Below are positions 1 through 12,887 of a stretch of 64,000 nt of DNA, one piece after another. Origin of the DNA: Eledone cirrhosa (Eukaryota); the NCBI GenBank assembly GCA_964016885.1, contig OZ024744.1, positions 64,108,001-64,172,000 of the forward strand. Reading direction: 5' to 3'. Position 1 is the stretch's first letter. The number at the start of each line of letters is the position of its first letter. The notes under the pieces were generated by a model that was not told the DNA's origin, did not search any database, and saw only the letters and a program-made list of their open reading frames with translations. Both the position numbers and the translations under genes were made by a program.

Positions 1-355
1 TTCCCGCTATTTGTTTATCATCTCCTCTGAATATTGGGCAGCAGTTCCCAGGTTTGTGACAGAGAATGAGTCACATGTTGCATCCCATCTTAGGGATTTA
101 TCTCCCTTGAATCCGGAGAGGCGGGTTTTAAACTTTAAATGTGAAGTTTCATAACTAAATATAACATAACAGTCAATCTAATATTTCTATTGGAATTATT
201 GTATTTTTTAAAATTATTATAATCATTTAATACATATTGATTGTTGTTGCTGCTGTCCTTGTAACTTAAGTGGTTATCTACCTTTGTGTAAACAACAACA
301 CAGAACTCAGTTAAACTGAAATCAGTCCAAATATCATTCTTGATATGAAAGGATT

Positions 356-572
356 TTAACCCTTTAACATTTAAACCAGCCATATCCAGCCAGAATTCTC
401 TCACCTCGTTCTGTTCAAACCAGCTATAACCGCCCACTTATACTGACATTAAGGTATTGTTCTCAAAATTAATAATATCATTAAAATTTCCTAGATTCCA
501 TATTATGTAAGATAATTAATTATGTGAGGTAAAGCCTTTACCATGAAAATATAATAGTTGAGTAATGTAAAC
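356..572. mobile_element. piggyBac-type MITE, family A (one end degraded)
   Basis: TTAACCCTTT terminus and internal sequence shared with many copies in this window. Confidence 0.7.
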
Positions 573-1505
573 AACATACACTGTTTACTTTATTCACAGT
601 TGCATAAATAATATTACAAATAGAATGTCATTGATAAACACAATTATAAACACATATAACAAATACAATTAACTATTGCTAGGAACCTCACAAATACAAT
701 GCACCAAAATATACGAACAGAGCGGAAAGAAAAAAAAGGGGAGGAACCGAAAACAATAATGACCATCAATTCACCACAAAGTGCGACAATCAGCCCCATA
801 TCACAAGGGTCAATGGAATATTTTGAGGCAAACAAATATGCTCGCATTGTTAATGCAACACCTTTGTTGTTGGGACTGTCAGTTCCAACGATGTCTATTC
901 CAGTTGATCGAACAACAGAACAGCCTGCTCATGAAATTAATGTGTACGTGGCTGAGCCCTCCACAGACACATGTACTCTTAATACAATTCTCAGGGAGAT
1001 TCAGTATGACACATTGTGTGACAAGGCTAGCCCTTTGAATGAAAGTACAACTCATTTTTGCCAGCTAAGAGAACTGGGGTAACATTAAATAAAGTGCCTT
1101 GCTCAATGACATGCCAGGAATTGAACTGATGATGTTATGATCATGAGCTGAATACTCTAACCACTAAGCCACACACTTTCATTACCTTTACATTGGTAAT
1201 CAGAAACATACCCAATCAGCTGGGTTTCTCATTAACAAAGATAAAGATTCACTCACTGACAAATTACAATTATTGAGCTCACAGAATCTACCTCATTTAC
1301 TGCCATCACAACCTCTACTCTTCTGAATTTGTTATACATTAACTGCCATGGACATTCCTTTCTTATAAAAAACATAATCACCACCACTATCCCTTTGCCT
1401 GGGTTTTTATTTTTCCTTACTGATATCAACTTTGAAACTAAACACCAACCACATCAACAACATCAAAGATCGTGAATACACCCCCTTCCTTCTGACTTAA
1501 ATATT

Positions 1506-1728
1506 TAACCCTTTTAATACCAGCCAGCCTAAAACAGTCTCTGGCTCTATGGAACAAAAATCACCCCTATTCAATTAAAATCTTCCAACATAATTTGATG
1601 TAATAACCTTTTGTTATGTTGTTACAAATACCATCTTAATAATTAAACAATTACTTTAGATTCTTCCAATTTCTTCATTAACATATTCAAATATAGTTTC
1701 ACAAGAAATGGGGTCATGAAAAGGTTAA
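1506..1728. mobile_element. piggyBac-type MITE, family B
   Basis: TTAACCCTTTT...AAAAGGTTAA ends. Related copies at about 17320-17566 and 34417-34885. Confidence 0.6.
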
Positions 1729-1779
1729 GGAAACAAAAATTACACCAAATGGAATTAAAACTTAAAAGCTTGTACTTAC

Positions 1780-1865
1780 CAGACCTGAATGGGAGTTAGC
1801 AAGTGCTTGTGAGAGTTTTAGTTGTGAAAACTTAACACCTGTATACCTGGATAATGTAGCGTCTC
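1780..1865 (-). CDS. ILK: ILK coding exon 6 (86 nt), PH-like linker and start of pseudokinase domain
   Basis: TTTCAG| acceptor, (R)DATLSRYTGVKFSQLKLSQALANSHSGL, CTG|GTAAGT donor. Later exons were not found in the window. Confidence 0.93.
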
Positions 1866-2039
1866 CTGAAATACAAAATTGAAGGTCATTTTACATAATT
1901 TTATATCAATTCCATATGAAATAAACAAAATAGAATTGTTCTGTATTCAAAACCACTATGGTCTACTTTGGCGGTTGGCATAATTTGTTGACTGGTTTAA
2001 CACCACCATTTAGCTCTTGGATACCTTATTATCAATGTA

Positions 2040-2373
2040 AATGTGCATGAACGACCAAGTATAGATGAGTTGAAAGGGATAAGTTGTGGTGTGCAGGAGA
2101 GAAGACTGAGATGGTATGGACATGTGATGCATATGGAGGATGACCGATGGGTAAAGAAGTGCCAGGAAATCCCAGTAGAAGGAAGACGCAGAAGAGGAAG
2201 ACCACGAAAACATGAGCAGAGGTAGGTGGTGAGGGCAGACCTCAGATCGCTGAAGCTCACGGAGGAGATGACGAAGGACCGTGACAAGTGGAGAGATGCT
2301 GTGCTAAATAGGACCCATCCCACCCTTGCAAGCACGGAAAAGCGGACATAAAATGATGATGATGATGATGATT
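2040..2373 (+). mobile_element. RTE-clade LINE 3' fragment
   Basis: RRLRWYGHVMHM...GRRRRGRPRK C-terminal motif and (GAT)n tail. Confidence 0.85.
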
Positions 2374-2846
2374 ACTCCATATTTACTATTATATTTTCAC
2401 AGTAAACACTTTATCTCACATAATATCGAATATATGACATTTTGATATTTTGAGAACAATACCTTAACATCAGAATGAGTGGCCAGTTATGGCCAGTTTG
2501 AACAGAAAGAGGTGAGAGAATTCTAGCCAGGTACAGCTGGTTTAAATGCTAAAGGGTTAACAGAGTCCAATCTGTTGCAAATATTTGGTCTAGGGACTCT
2601 ACTCTGAAGATACATTCTTCCCTCATAACAAGTAAACAGTAATAAAAAAATAAAAAATAAAATAAAATAAATAAAAAATCAGTTGTTAACGCAGTAGATT
2701 TTGCTATCATCATCATTTTTATGTTCATCACTTCATGCTGACATGGATTAGACAGGATTTTTTCAAGCAGTATTTTACAACCAGATACCTTCAATGAAGC
2801 CACAAATTTTAGTCACTTTCTATGATATGCAAAGATACATTGTGAA

Positions 2847-3185
2847 TCTATATATAAATTTGAGCGACTTCCATCCATCACACAATATGAGTGTGTTTAT
2901 GTGAATGTATGTGTGTGTAAAAGGAAAGAAGGGGATGGTGTAAAAACTATAGCAAAACAGTGACTGGTGTTCCATTTGCTGTGTGTGAGTGTATGTGTGT
3001 TTGTGTAAATATATGTGTGTGTTTGTGTGTATATATATGTGTATTTGTGTGAATATATATCTGTGAGTGTGTATTTTTGTAAGTGTTTCTGTGTTTGCAT
3101 GTTTATATTTATATACTCATACATATAAATGTATGCATATGCACATATGCACACACATGAGCCAGCGCGTTGAAAAAATTTCTAA
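2847..3185 (+). mobile_element. Non-autonomous Helitron-like element (family C)
   Basis: A|TCTATATATAAA 5' end and 3' palindrome CAGCGCGTTG about 10 nt before CTAA. The second copy (9477-11240) ends in CTAG-T. Confidence 0.65.
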
Positions 3186-3329
3186 AATTCTAAAATGTAG
3201 GAAACATGTAATTGAACAAAACTAACTCTACACTATCAGTTAACATCTTCTTCCACCTAGCATTCTCCAAACTACAGGCACATGCTGTGAACACTTATTT
3301 AGTTGTGCTATATTCAATATTTCACTCAT

Positions 3330-3990
3330 CTTTTGACAAATTTACTAGAGGAGTGGTCTCCACTCTCCACACCCACCCACCTTTCCAAGTGAAATTTGAA
3401 AAATTCAGCAAGAGCTTGACCTAAAGTCTGTCCTTCCTCTTTCCAGCCTTGTCTACAACACAATCTCTTTCACCATAGACTCAAGACAAAGGATACTTGT
3501 CTGCTCTTCCTGGTTACAGGAAATCAGTAGTGTGATTTTCACAATGAACTTGGTCAGCAATGCTCAAACAATGATCAAATCTATTTAGAACAGTTATATT
3601 ACTTTGCACATATATCTGACAAACCCACCTGACATCAATTCCATGCCTATAGAGTTTGTCTTTAAATGGAGTGCAAGCCATGGTAGCACTGCAAGGTCAA
3701 GGATTACTGGAAGTTATCCATACTCCCTGAGTTGAAAGTCCTCTGGAAAGAGACCAGCCAGTTTATTCTCCTCGATACCCAGAGCCCCACTAATTCTCTA
3801 TAGATTGCTAATGTAGAACTTCCACAGGGCATATTGCCTGACTTGTTGAAGTCTGTGAGCACCCAACAATATTCCAGATGCCAGGCATCATGATCTTTGC
3901 TTTAAACAAAGGGCTCACTATCCATGATTCTCAGCAGATGCTGTGACCTTACTGCATGTGAATGCAGCAACAGCCAAGGCACACCAAGAC
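3330..3990 (-). mobile_element. Highly degenerate LINE 3' fragment (Tx1/L1-like zinc-binding region)
   Basis: Frame-broken peptide PFKDKLYRHGIDVRWVCQI..K resembling the C-terminal Cys-rich domain of Tx1/L1 ORF2. Confidence 0.35.
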
Positions 3991-4164
3991 CCCCCCTCCC
4001 CCTGTACATGGGGTGTTAACAGCAGATGGACAGTCAAACCAGTAGACTGTGTTCCTCAAGAAGCAGAAGACCAGACATTCCAATTGGGCCAGGACAAAAA
4101 AAAAAAAAAAAAGGTCAAGGAATGATGTTCAAACAATAATTAAATGAAACAATATAATACTTAC

Positions 4165-4245
4165 GACTGCGTGTTTTACTGCCAAGCCAACTTCGATCTT
4201 TAAAAGGAATTTTCTTTAGATCTCGAGCTAATTCAACAGCACGAT
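4165..4245 (-). CDS. ILK: ILK coding exon 5 (81 nt)
   Basis: Polypyrimidine tract plus TAAG| acceptor, (D)RAVELARDLKKIPFKDRSWLGSKTRS, C|GTAAGT donor. Phase matches both neighbours. Too short for the ORF track. Confidence 0.93.
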
Positions 4246-4709
4246 CTTAAAAGTAAAAGAAAAAGAAAGTTTAACTGTAAATTTATGCAAATGTAAAGAC
4301 ATTGATTGTCTAATAGCTATATATTATTTCTTCTATGTGTGTGAACACTATATATATTTCTTGTATGAATGTAATTTATAGCTCCGCTATAAAAAAAATA
4401 TATTTTTTGTTATGAAAAAATTATTTTTCTCTGTTTTGCTCTGTTTACATGTCACAGCTATCTCAGTAGCCATCAAGAATGACAGACAGCTGTTTCAAAA
4501 TTTGTTAATCTCTCATCAGTGACATTCACTGAACCAGTACCAAGATGGAAACAGATGAGAGCCTATATAGATTTTCCATGTTGAACATTTGCTGGATATA
4601 TTCATTTGCATATAGCAAATAGAAAACATTGGCTGGAAATGCTCATAGTGCAAACAAGCATATCCAGCAATATATGCATCTCCAGCAATATATATATTTC
4701 TAGCCTGTG

Positions 4710-4860
4710 GTGTTCAAGACGTTTGCAAGGTTCTTGTCATCACTGGCGGCCTGCCTAACCGAAGTAACTGGCAATGCTCATGAGGGGCCTTGGCTGTTCC
4801 AGAGCATCAACCTCACCATCACACTAGGTAACGTTGTGAGCGTGCTGGCTTGCCTAAAAA
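4710..4860 (+). mobile_element. CRE-like (RLE-type) non-LTR retrotransposon C-terminal fragment
   Basis: ARFLSSLAACLTEVTGNAHEGPWLFQSINLTITLGN, similar to the end of the 56655-57116 ORF. Confidence 0.65.
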
Positions 4861-5209
4861 ATTATTAGAGAGGTTCCAGTGCTCTTTGCAATATCTGTTC
4901 TGGCATTGGTTCGTTTGTCCACCCCTTTCACTTGCCTTTTGATGTATATGGTCCAAGATGTGTGTATTACCTGATGGTGTTTTTTTTTTTCTTTCTCTTC
5001 CTTTTCTTATATGTAATATTATATATACAATTTTTTATATTATCTAATGGTTCTGACGATTTCCACAGAGGAATTAAAAGCTACTTACTTCTGTATTTGA
5101 TTGAAACATGTGTAAATCAATTAAATAATAAATATATATATATCGAAACACACACACACGCACATAAATATATATATACATGGTAAAATAACAAACACAA
5201 AATGTATAC

Positions 5210-5306
5210 CTTTTATGAGTTGTCTGAGAGCTGGTCTTGCCTTATCCAAAGGTGTTTCATCAAAGATATTTGCAATGCCAACCATGGCTCCCATATTAAC
5301 AAGATC
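5210..5306 (-). CDS. ILK: ILK coding exon 4 (97 nt)
   Basis: TTGCAG| acceptor, DLVNMGAMVGIANIFDETPLDKARPALRQLIK, G|GTATAC donor, phase 1. Confidence 0.95.
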
Positions 5307-5454
5307 CTGCAATTTAAATTACCAAACAATATTAGCATTTCTAAGAACATCACTTATTTTCTAAGCTATCATGGTAATTCATGTATCAGTCAATAACCAT
5401 TCTAGCAACTGTATAAGTATGTTTACTAGTAACATGTACAATATGAATAAATAG

Positions 5455-5996
5455 CACTGGTCAACACATTTTTTGATGACTTAGGTTTTGTTGTTGTTTT
5501 TAGCTAATTTTGTGGTGCTGATTTCAAATATGGTATCCATTTTTTTCTTAACACGTTATGTTTGTCTTTCGCTCAGCTATCCTAAAAATACAGGAAATAC
5601 AGATATTTTGTATACCCTCCTCGTTGGCCAAGTAAAAAGGTGACCATTTTGAGGTCCACACATATGTCCCATTTGTGTTCATCATACTTGAGTAAATCTA
5701 ATACAGTTTTTCTGTTTTTATACTTCTCTTTTAAGTGCACAGAGTGACCAATAGGAATTGCACCTAACAAGTTTCTATTATGGTGTAATACACATTTTAG
5801 ACTCTTCTTTGAACTATCTATAAAGAGTCTCCATTATGAGGATGATACTGTAGAACACTCATTGCTTTTAACAGTCCCATCACATTACATGATAGAAAAA
5901 ATTATCGTCATTTTTAAACTCAGAGGTTCCAAATTACTCAAGAATAGGTCTCAAACTTAGGCCAGCAGAAAAAAAGCAAAATTGTGTTGAGCAGTG
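5455..5996 (-). mobile_element. Internally deleted Chapaev3-like (CMC) DNA transposon
   Basis: TIRs CACTGGTCAACACA / TGTGTTGAGCAGTG with TAG/TAA flanks. Transposase remnant WRLFIDSSKKSLKCVLHH...PIGHSVHLKEKY...WDICVDLKMV..LLGQRGGYTKY. Family assignment is from recalled motifs. Confidence 0.75.
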
Positions 5997-8509
5997 TAAT
6001 TGGTGTTTGATAAATAGTCTAATGTATAACAACACAAAGTGTGGTAGAGTCAGAAGCAGGAAGGGAAATAAAAATCCAAATTGCAAGTTAACACACTTTT
6101 AATAAGGTGATGAATTGGTAATGTTGTTAGAGCACAGGACAACATTTTTTGCACTATATATTCTCGTTCCATGTAATCTGAGTTCAGATTGCACTAAGAT
6201 CAACTTTGCTTTTCATCCTTTTGGGATCAATAAAGTATCAGCCCAGGATGTCATATTGGTGGAATTGTTAGAGCACAGGATGTAATGCCTTATGGAATAT
6301 GTTCTGGTGTTCCAAGTTCAACCAGGTTTTGACAGGTCTACCTTGTTTCCTACACCTTCTTTCTGGCTTCCATTTGAGGGAGGCCCTCACGTGTCTCTTC
6401 ATGGACATGTGTAGCAACTGCTTCACATGTTCATGAAGAGGCATCACCAAGTATCTAATGTTATACAGTGATGGTATTCAACATCTACATATAAATATTG
6501 AAATTATAAATCATGCTATCAATCATCGTCATCATTTAATGTCCACTTACTCTGCTAGTAAGGGTTAGAAAGGTCTACATAGACCAAGTCAATACTGAAG
6601 TGAGGCTACTGACCTCCCAGACAAACAAGGGTCTGCATCCTGCTAACATAAGGTCATACATTCTATCATTTACAGAGAAGTTGTGTCTTTTGACACAAAC
6701 TGAAGGGCCTTCCCAAACCCTTCTTTGGCAAGCTTTCTATGGCTGGATGCCCTTCCTAAAACCGACCACTTTACAGCATGTACTAGGTGCTTTTATTATT
6801 TTATTATGTAAATCACCAGCACTAAGGTTGCCATGTCCTTGACACAACTAAAGGGTCCTCCCATTCCTTTCTTTGGCAAGCTTCTCAATGTGTTAACTAT
6901 TTTACAGTACACAACTGATGGAAACTGTGAAATAATTCACTACCAATGTTACCAACACCACCACCAACAACAACACTATCGTCATTCACTCCCATTAGTC
7001 ATCAACAGAGCCTTTACTTGGTCACTTAACCTGCTAAAAATAACAGCCTAATCTCTATCAAATCCTAATATAGTCTTTAAGAAGAAAACATTGGACAAGG
7101 TAGTCCTTGATATACAAAAACACTGAGATGTCCATGGTTGGAATGACTTTGATCATTGGTCTGTTTGATCAGAGCTGACCTGTGAGTAAACAGCAACTAC
7201 ATTGTCTCTACTACCATTATATATGTGAAATCTGTTTCATTAATGCTTATAGGATAGAACTTTACTAGAATGTTATTCATATAAATCACATCTTTCAGAA
7301 ACTACATTAGCTATTTGATCAACATATTTCTAGTTAGTTATCTTGTCAAGCCAGTGGGAGAACCATAGTCTTATTATGCAAATTAAATTCCTATTATTCC
7401 CAATCCTCAGTGAATATTTACATACTTTCACAAATGACAACCTTTTTTTGTATAAATAATTAAGGGGAATTCAATTTATTTTATTGTCTTACAGGGAACC
7501 AGATCTTTTGTTACACAAGATACTTGAAACTATTATCTGAAAGTATGAGAAATCACAGATTGAGAACTTTGGAGTTCCCTAATAGTTCTCTAGAAATATT
7601 AAATAATATATCACCCAAGTGACATGGCTGTAGTGCTAGAGATAGAAGATCTAGTTGTAGTATTTGTAACTGGGGCTTCAGATAATGATACATCGTGAGA
7701 ATTGATGTCAATAAAGGTTTACATATACTATATATTTAAGTAGAAGACTGTATGGGGTGTATTAAGTTGTATAGTAGTGAAACATAGACAGTGAATGTAG
7801 AGAGGGCTGAGGTGTGTTACATTATATAGTAATGAAGCATGGACAGTGAATATAGAGAGGAATGTATGCAATGTGTTATGTTGTACATTAGTGAAACAGG
7901 GATGATGAATATAAAGAGGATTGCATGAGATGAACGATGGTGTATGGTATATATGCAGATGACTACATGAGGTGTGTAAGATATCTTGTTGTATGACAGT
8001 GTAATATAGACAGTGAATGAAGTATGTATGAGATGTGTAATATAGCTTGGTTATACATTAAGAGAAATATGTAAAATATGCATGGTATCATCACCATCAT
8101 CATTGTTTAACATCTTATTCAACCCTTATTAGCTTTCCATGCTAGTAAAGGTTGAATGGGTGTTCACAGATCAAGTTAGTACTGAAGCAGGACTACTGAT
8201 CTCCCAAACTGGCTGGGGGTCTGCATTTCACATATGGCCCCATGTTCTACCAAGTGCATTTTATTGTGGCATCAGCACAAGAGAGGTTGTCATGTCCATG
8301 TCACAGCTGAAGAGTCCTCCAAACCTTTGTTTGGCATATGACAATGAAATATGGGCTATGTATACAGATTAGTTAAAATATTCTTTAGAAAACTGAACCG
8401 GAGTAACCTCTGCCACTACCACAAACATTGCTATTGTTTTTTACGTTTGCTTTTCCATACTGGCATGGATTGGACTCGACTTTTTGAGACAGTATACTAT
8501 AGCCATGAT

Positions 8510-8832
8510 AGGCAGCGAATTGGCAGAATTGTTAGAACACTGGATAGAATGCTTTATGGTATTCATTCCAGCTCTCTGCTCTCTGAGTTCAAATCCCACC
8601 AAGGTCAACTTTGCTTTTCATACTTTCGAGGTTAATAAAAAAAAGTACCAGTCTAGAACTGGGGTTGATTCTTCTTCTATATCTCATTCTCATTTCCTCT
8701 CTCTCACTTTCTATCTTTCGCTAGAAGAAATCTGCTGTACTCAGGCCTGGAGAGGGATGGGCTCCGCCAGGCTTAAAAAGGCCCAAGAAATGCCATATGT
8801 CAATACGGCGCTTCTATGACTATCAGGGACCA
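8510..8832 (+). mobile_element. tRNA-derived SINE with alternative tail
   Basis: A box TGGCAGAATTG, B box GAGTTCAAATCC, central GCTTTTCATACTTTCGAGGT domain. The same composite is on the minus strand at about 43561-43857. Confidence 0.7.
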
Positions 8833-8987
8833 TACATACTACAGTCATGATACACTATAATAGTGAACCTTCATCTAGATTATTACTCGTTTAACCCAAA
8901 TTATTTCATTAGTTCGAACCTAAAAATAAACAAGATCGGTGTTTTGAGATGTTTAGTGGATAAATGCAGGGGAACCTAAATTAGTAG

Positions 8988-9288
8988 CCTTACTGTGAAA
9001 AGAATGAAGTGTAAATACTTATTACTATTCCTCTGTATACCGAAAAAAACCTAACATATTATTTTTATACATTTCAGAGATTATTGTCTCCTCATCAGAT
9101 TACCCCTACAGCTTGAAATAAATAGCAATTGCTAAGATTCTTTTGTAGGCAAAACCATAGGGGTAGTTCAATTCTGATAAAGAGACAACACTGTCAAAAA
9201 TCACTTAAAGGGTAATCTTTTACATTTTTTGGAATACAGAGGGAATAATAAAAAGTTTGTTTTCACATCATTTTTTTCACAGAGAGGT
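8988..9288. repeat. Old imperfect fold-back containing a degenerate hammerhead core (minus strand, about 9066-9100)
   Basis: Arms CCT.ACTGTGAAAA...ATTCCTCTGTAT and ATACAGAGGGAAT...TTTTCACAGAGAGG. Minus strand reads CTGATGA GGAGA caataa TCTCT GAAA TGTATA. Confidence 0.55.
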
Positions 9289-9476
9289 TTATAATTTAAA
9301 AACTGTAGATATATCACTTTAAATTTTGACATACATGTTATGTTATGTATAGATGTTTATCATTTAATATTTAGATAAAGGCGTAAAATATAGCATTAGA
9401 ATGTGACTTGTCTAACTCATGTAAGCATGGAAAATAGATATTAAATGGTGAAGATGATGATGGAATTATATAGAGA

Positions 9477-11240
9477 CTAGGATTTTTTTCAACACGCTGA
9501 TGCATATGTGTATGTGTGTGTGTATATACTTATACATTTATATGTATGAGTATATAAATAAAAACGCGCAAACAGACACACTTAGAAAAATACACACCCA
9601 CAGACATACATTCACGCAAACATGCATACATTCACACAAACACACATACATTTACACATACACATACACTCACACGCAGCGTAACAAATGGAATGCCAGT
9701 CGCTGTTTTTCTATAGTTTTTTCACCATCCCCTTCCTTCCTTTTACACAGCGGTACAAACCATATATAGGGGAGCAGTCAGCAAAGTTAGGATTAGCAAT
9801 GAGTATAGCGAGGAATTTAGCGTACAGGTTGGGGTCCACCAGGGCTGTGTTCTTAGCCCCCTCCTGTTCATCATAGTCCTGCAAGCAATAACGGAGGAGT
9901 TTAAGACCGGATGCCCATGGGAACTCCTGTATGCAGATGACCTCGCACTCATAGCTGAATCTATGGTAGAACTAGAGAATAAATTCCAAACTTGGAAGCA
10001 GGGATTAGAAAGAAAGGGTCTCAAAGTCAACATGACAAAGACTAAGGTCCTTGTAAGTAGATGAGAAAACAGAACCCAGATCCTCTCAGGGAAATGGCCT
10101 TGCTCAGTATGTAGGAAAGGTGTAGGTAGGAACTCCATTCTCTGCCCCAAATGCAAACAATGGGTACACAAGAGATGTAGCGGGATCTCAGGAAGCTTAA
10201 TTAAGAATGTAGGCTTCACATGCAGCAGCTGTGCTGGGACAGCAAGCAGCAAACAGCCACAGGAAACAAGTACCACAAATCTCTGGGCGGGCTCTGTAGA
10301 AACAGTAGACAGCTTCTGCTACCTAGGTGACCGAATTAGCAGCGGAGGTGGGTGTTTAGAAAGTACAATAACTAGGGTAAGAACGGGATGGAAGAAGTTT
10401 AGGGAACTACTACCACTGCTAGCTGCAAAAGGCTTCTCCCTCAAAATGAAAGGCAGACTGTATGATGCGTGTATCCGAACAGTGATGTTGCATGGTAGTG
10501 AGACCTGGGCGCTGAAGGTGGAAGACTTACGTAGATTAGAGAGAAACGAAGCTTGCATACTCCGATGGATGTGTAACAGTAATATACGTGAACGACAAAG
10601 CATAAATGAATTGAGAGAGAGACTGAGCATAAGAGGAATCAAATGCTGTGTGCAGGAGAGGCGGTTGCGCTGGTATGGACATGTGATGCGTATGAAGGAT
10701 GACAGCTGCATAAAAAGGTGCAGAGCACTAGAAGTTGATGGAAACCGCGGAGTGGGGAGACCCAAGATGACCTGGGATGAGGTGATAAAAGCCGACCTTA
10801 CCCAATTACACCTCTCAAAGGCCTGTGACTTCTGGCGTCACGCAGCAATACAGAGTACCCGACCTCCCATGGGAACAAGCTGAAGCATATAGACAATATG
10901 CCTCCACACCCTCCCACTGCAAGGTGGTCGTGGAGGTGCCACGGCAAAAAAGCACCCAGCCCACACTGTAAAGTGGACGTGTAGGCGCCATGAAAAAGCA
11001 CCCAGCACTCACTGTAAATGAGGTTGGTGTTAGGAAGGGCATCCATCTGTAGAAATCAAGCCAAATCAGTTCCTATATGAGCAAGGCATGGTCAGCCGAC
11101 CAGACACTGCCCACAACAGGACAACCCGTCTAACCCATGCTAGCGTGGAAGAACAGACGTAAAACGGTGATGATGATGATTCACACAAACACACAATGTG
11201 TGACTGATGGACGGAAGTCGCTCAAATTTATAGTTTATAT
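9477..11240 (-). mobile_element. Helitron-like family C copy interrupted by an RTE LINE
   Basis: 9477-9749 and 11181-11240 are the reverse complement of 2847-3185, with CAGCGTGTTG...CTAG-T 3' end. Confidence 0.7.
9750..11180 (+). mobile_element. 5'-truncated RTE LINE (RT, C-terminus, 3' UTR)
   Basis: GVHQGCVLSPLLF and LLYADDL RT motifs, Cys-rich insert, MLHGSETW, RRLRWYGHVMRM, and a 3' UTR with ~44-bp repeats and (GAT)n tail. Stops and frameshifts present. Confidence 0.93.
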
Positions 11241-11248
11241 ATATTTAC

Positions 11249-11344
11249 CTGTGATATATCAGCAAAGCCCCAGAAACAAGCATAATGTAAGGGAGTGTTT
11301 CCATGTTCATTTATTGCATTTATATTGGCTTTATTTTGCATCAA
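11249..11344 (-). CDS. ILK: ILK coding exon 3 (96 nt), ankyrin repeat
   Basis: TTTCAG| acceptor, [32 protein letters not shown] (ILK signature [14 protein letters not shown]), CAG|GTAAAT donor. Confidence 0.96.
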
Positions 11345-11539
11345 CTGAAAAAGACAAAGAAAAAAAGAATATATAGACATTGTTTTTTTTAAATTCGGGA
11401 ATAAATTTATTGTTGAAATAACCATATACGGTAGCTGGAAATCATTTGGCTAATTCAAAAGTACAAAGAACAGCTTTTAGACTCATTCTTTCTTATATAC
11501 ACATATATACACCAGATCCAAACACACAAGGACCAAACT

Positions 11540-11935
11540 CCCACTGTCACTGCCTCCATCTTCCCTGCTTTCCCCATCTCTCACTATTATGAGCGAATGG
11601 CGGCCCACTGGACACACACTGGAAGAGCCATTCCAGCTTGCGAGGATCACACATATGAGTAGCCGACCCTGTGCCGATGGTGGTGAGCAGGGAGGTGGCT
11701 GAGGACCAAGGGAACCAGAAGTCTCCCTGACATGGACTCAACTGCAAACCTGTCAGAGAGTGACCGATATTTGGAGAATTTACCCTCTTCGGCCCGAAGT
11801 GCAGCAGAGCCTGGGTTAGTCGCAGAATGCACCAGGTTGCCACTAGAGAATATGTAGCTGCATATAACATCCCAGATGAGGGGTTTACCACTGCGGGCCG
11901 GGAAGATGGTCATGCCATCTGACCTTTTGCCGCGC
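11540..11935 (-). mobile_element. CRE-like retrotransposon, restriction-like endonuclease fragment
   Basis: RGKRSDGMTIFPARSGKPLIWDV...AEEGKFSKY...WLFQCVS fits the RLE consensus GKRPDG.T..PW..G..L.WD. Confidence 0.8.
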
Positions 11936-12887
11936 GTGTGTGTGTGTTTATATATATTTTTGATTTAGAAATCTCATTACTTAAAAGTTATACAGCAACA
12001 AGAAAATACACTCAATATGAAATGTAGTGAGTGCTCTTTTCTTTCATTTGTATATCTATCGTTAATATGATGGCTTTAAACATACACACAAACAAGTAGC
12101 AAGATTACACATACTACACACAAAAAAAACAACATGCACACTCACCTTCTCTGCATTAATTTAAACACTTTCAAAATGTCAATATGTTTGCTATTAACAC
12201 AAGATGTTTAAGAAATAAACACCATACCAATGTAGAAAGTGAACATAAAATGATGATCAAACACACATACACACTAATACACACATACAACCAATATGAC
12301 TCTCCTCAACTTGGTCACCATCTTTTTCTATATTTTCTACTCATGTTCTTTCCCTCATTCGCCATCTAATTTTTTCAAAGAACTTTGTTTGAAATGCCAA
12401 GAATAACATTTTCTTTACTTATCCTGAGCATCATAACTTACATTTTTTCTTATCTTATCCTATCTTTCTGTTGTTTTTTTTAATTCATAATATAACAGAG
12501 TTTTAAAATATTGGTGCTTAATATTAAAACCTCCCATCATAATTTTATCAAAGAAATTTTTGTTATGTCATGTTCCTAATATCAGCCCACTAGTGCAAAA
12601 AATTTATTTATTTAATTTAATTCTAACAAGTTTATAATTATTTTCAAAATAAAATGAAGCATATAGGCATTATATTTCATTAAAAACATGCTAACAAAAT
12701 GAAATTGTCCTGGATTTATGATACAAAATTATTCATTTTAAAATATTTACCCTTATATTAAAGACTTACATCATTTTTTTTTAGAAATTTATGTTAAGTT
12801 TGGCTCTAAATCTCCAAGTAATGTTCTTTACAATTGAAATACTGTAATTTTGAAACAAAAAAAAAAAACAAAGGTAAAGGTCTTTAC

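Noticed and set aside
1-135. AP-1-like TGAGTCA and forkhead-like motifs in a GC-richer patch
   Set aside because: Short motifs are expected by chance and there is no supporting evidence.
699-1082. 127-aa plus-strand ORF
   Set aside because: No recognisable domain. Its end overlaps a reverse-oriented SINE relic (about 1040-1180), and it is antisense within an ILK intron.
1-1779. Next ILK exon (expected W.G.WQG motif)
   Set aside because: No matching frame with splice sites was found on the minus strand, so it is presumably left of the window.
10910-11060. Regularly spaced ~44-bp repeats resembling a CRISPR array
   Set aside because: Eukaryotic context, degenerate tandem units without unique spacers, and part of an RTE 3' UTR.
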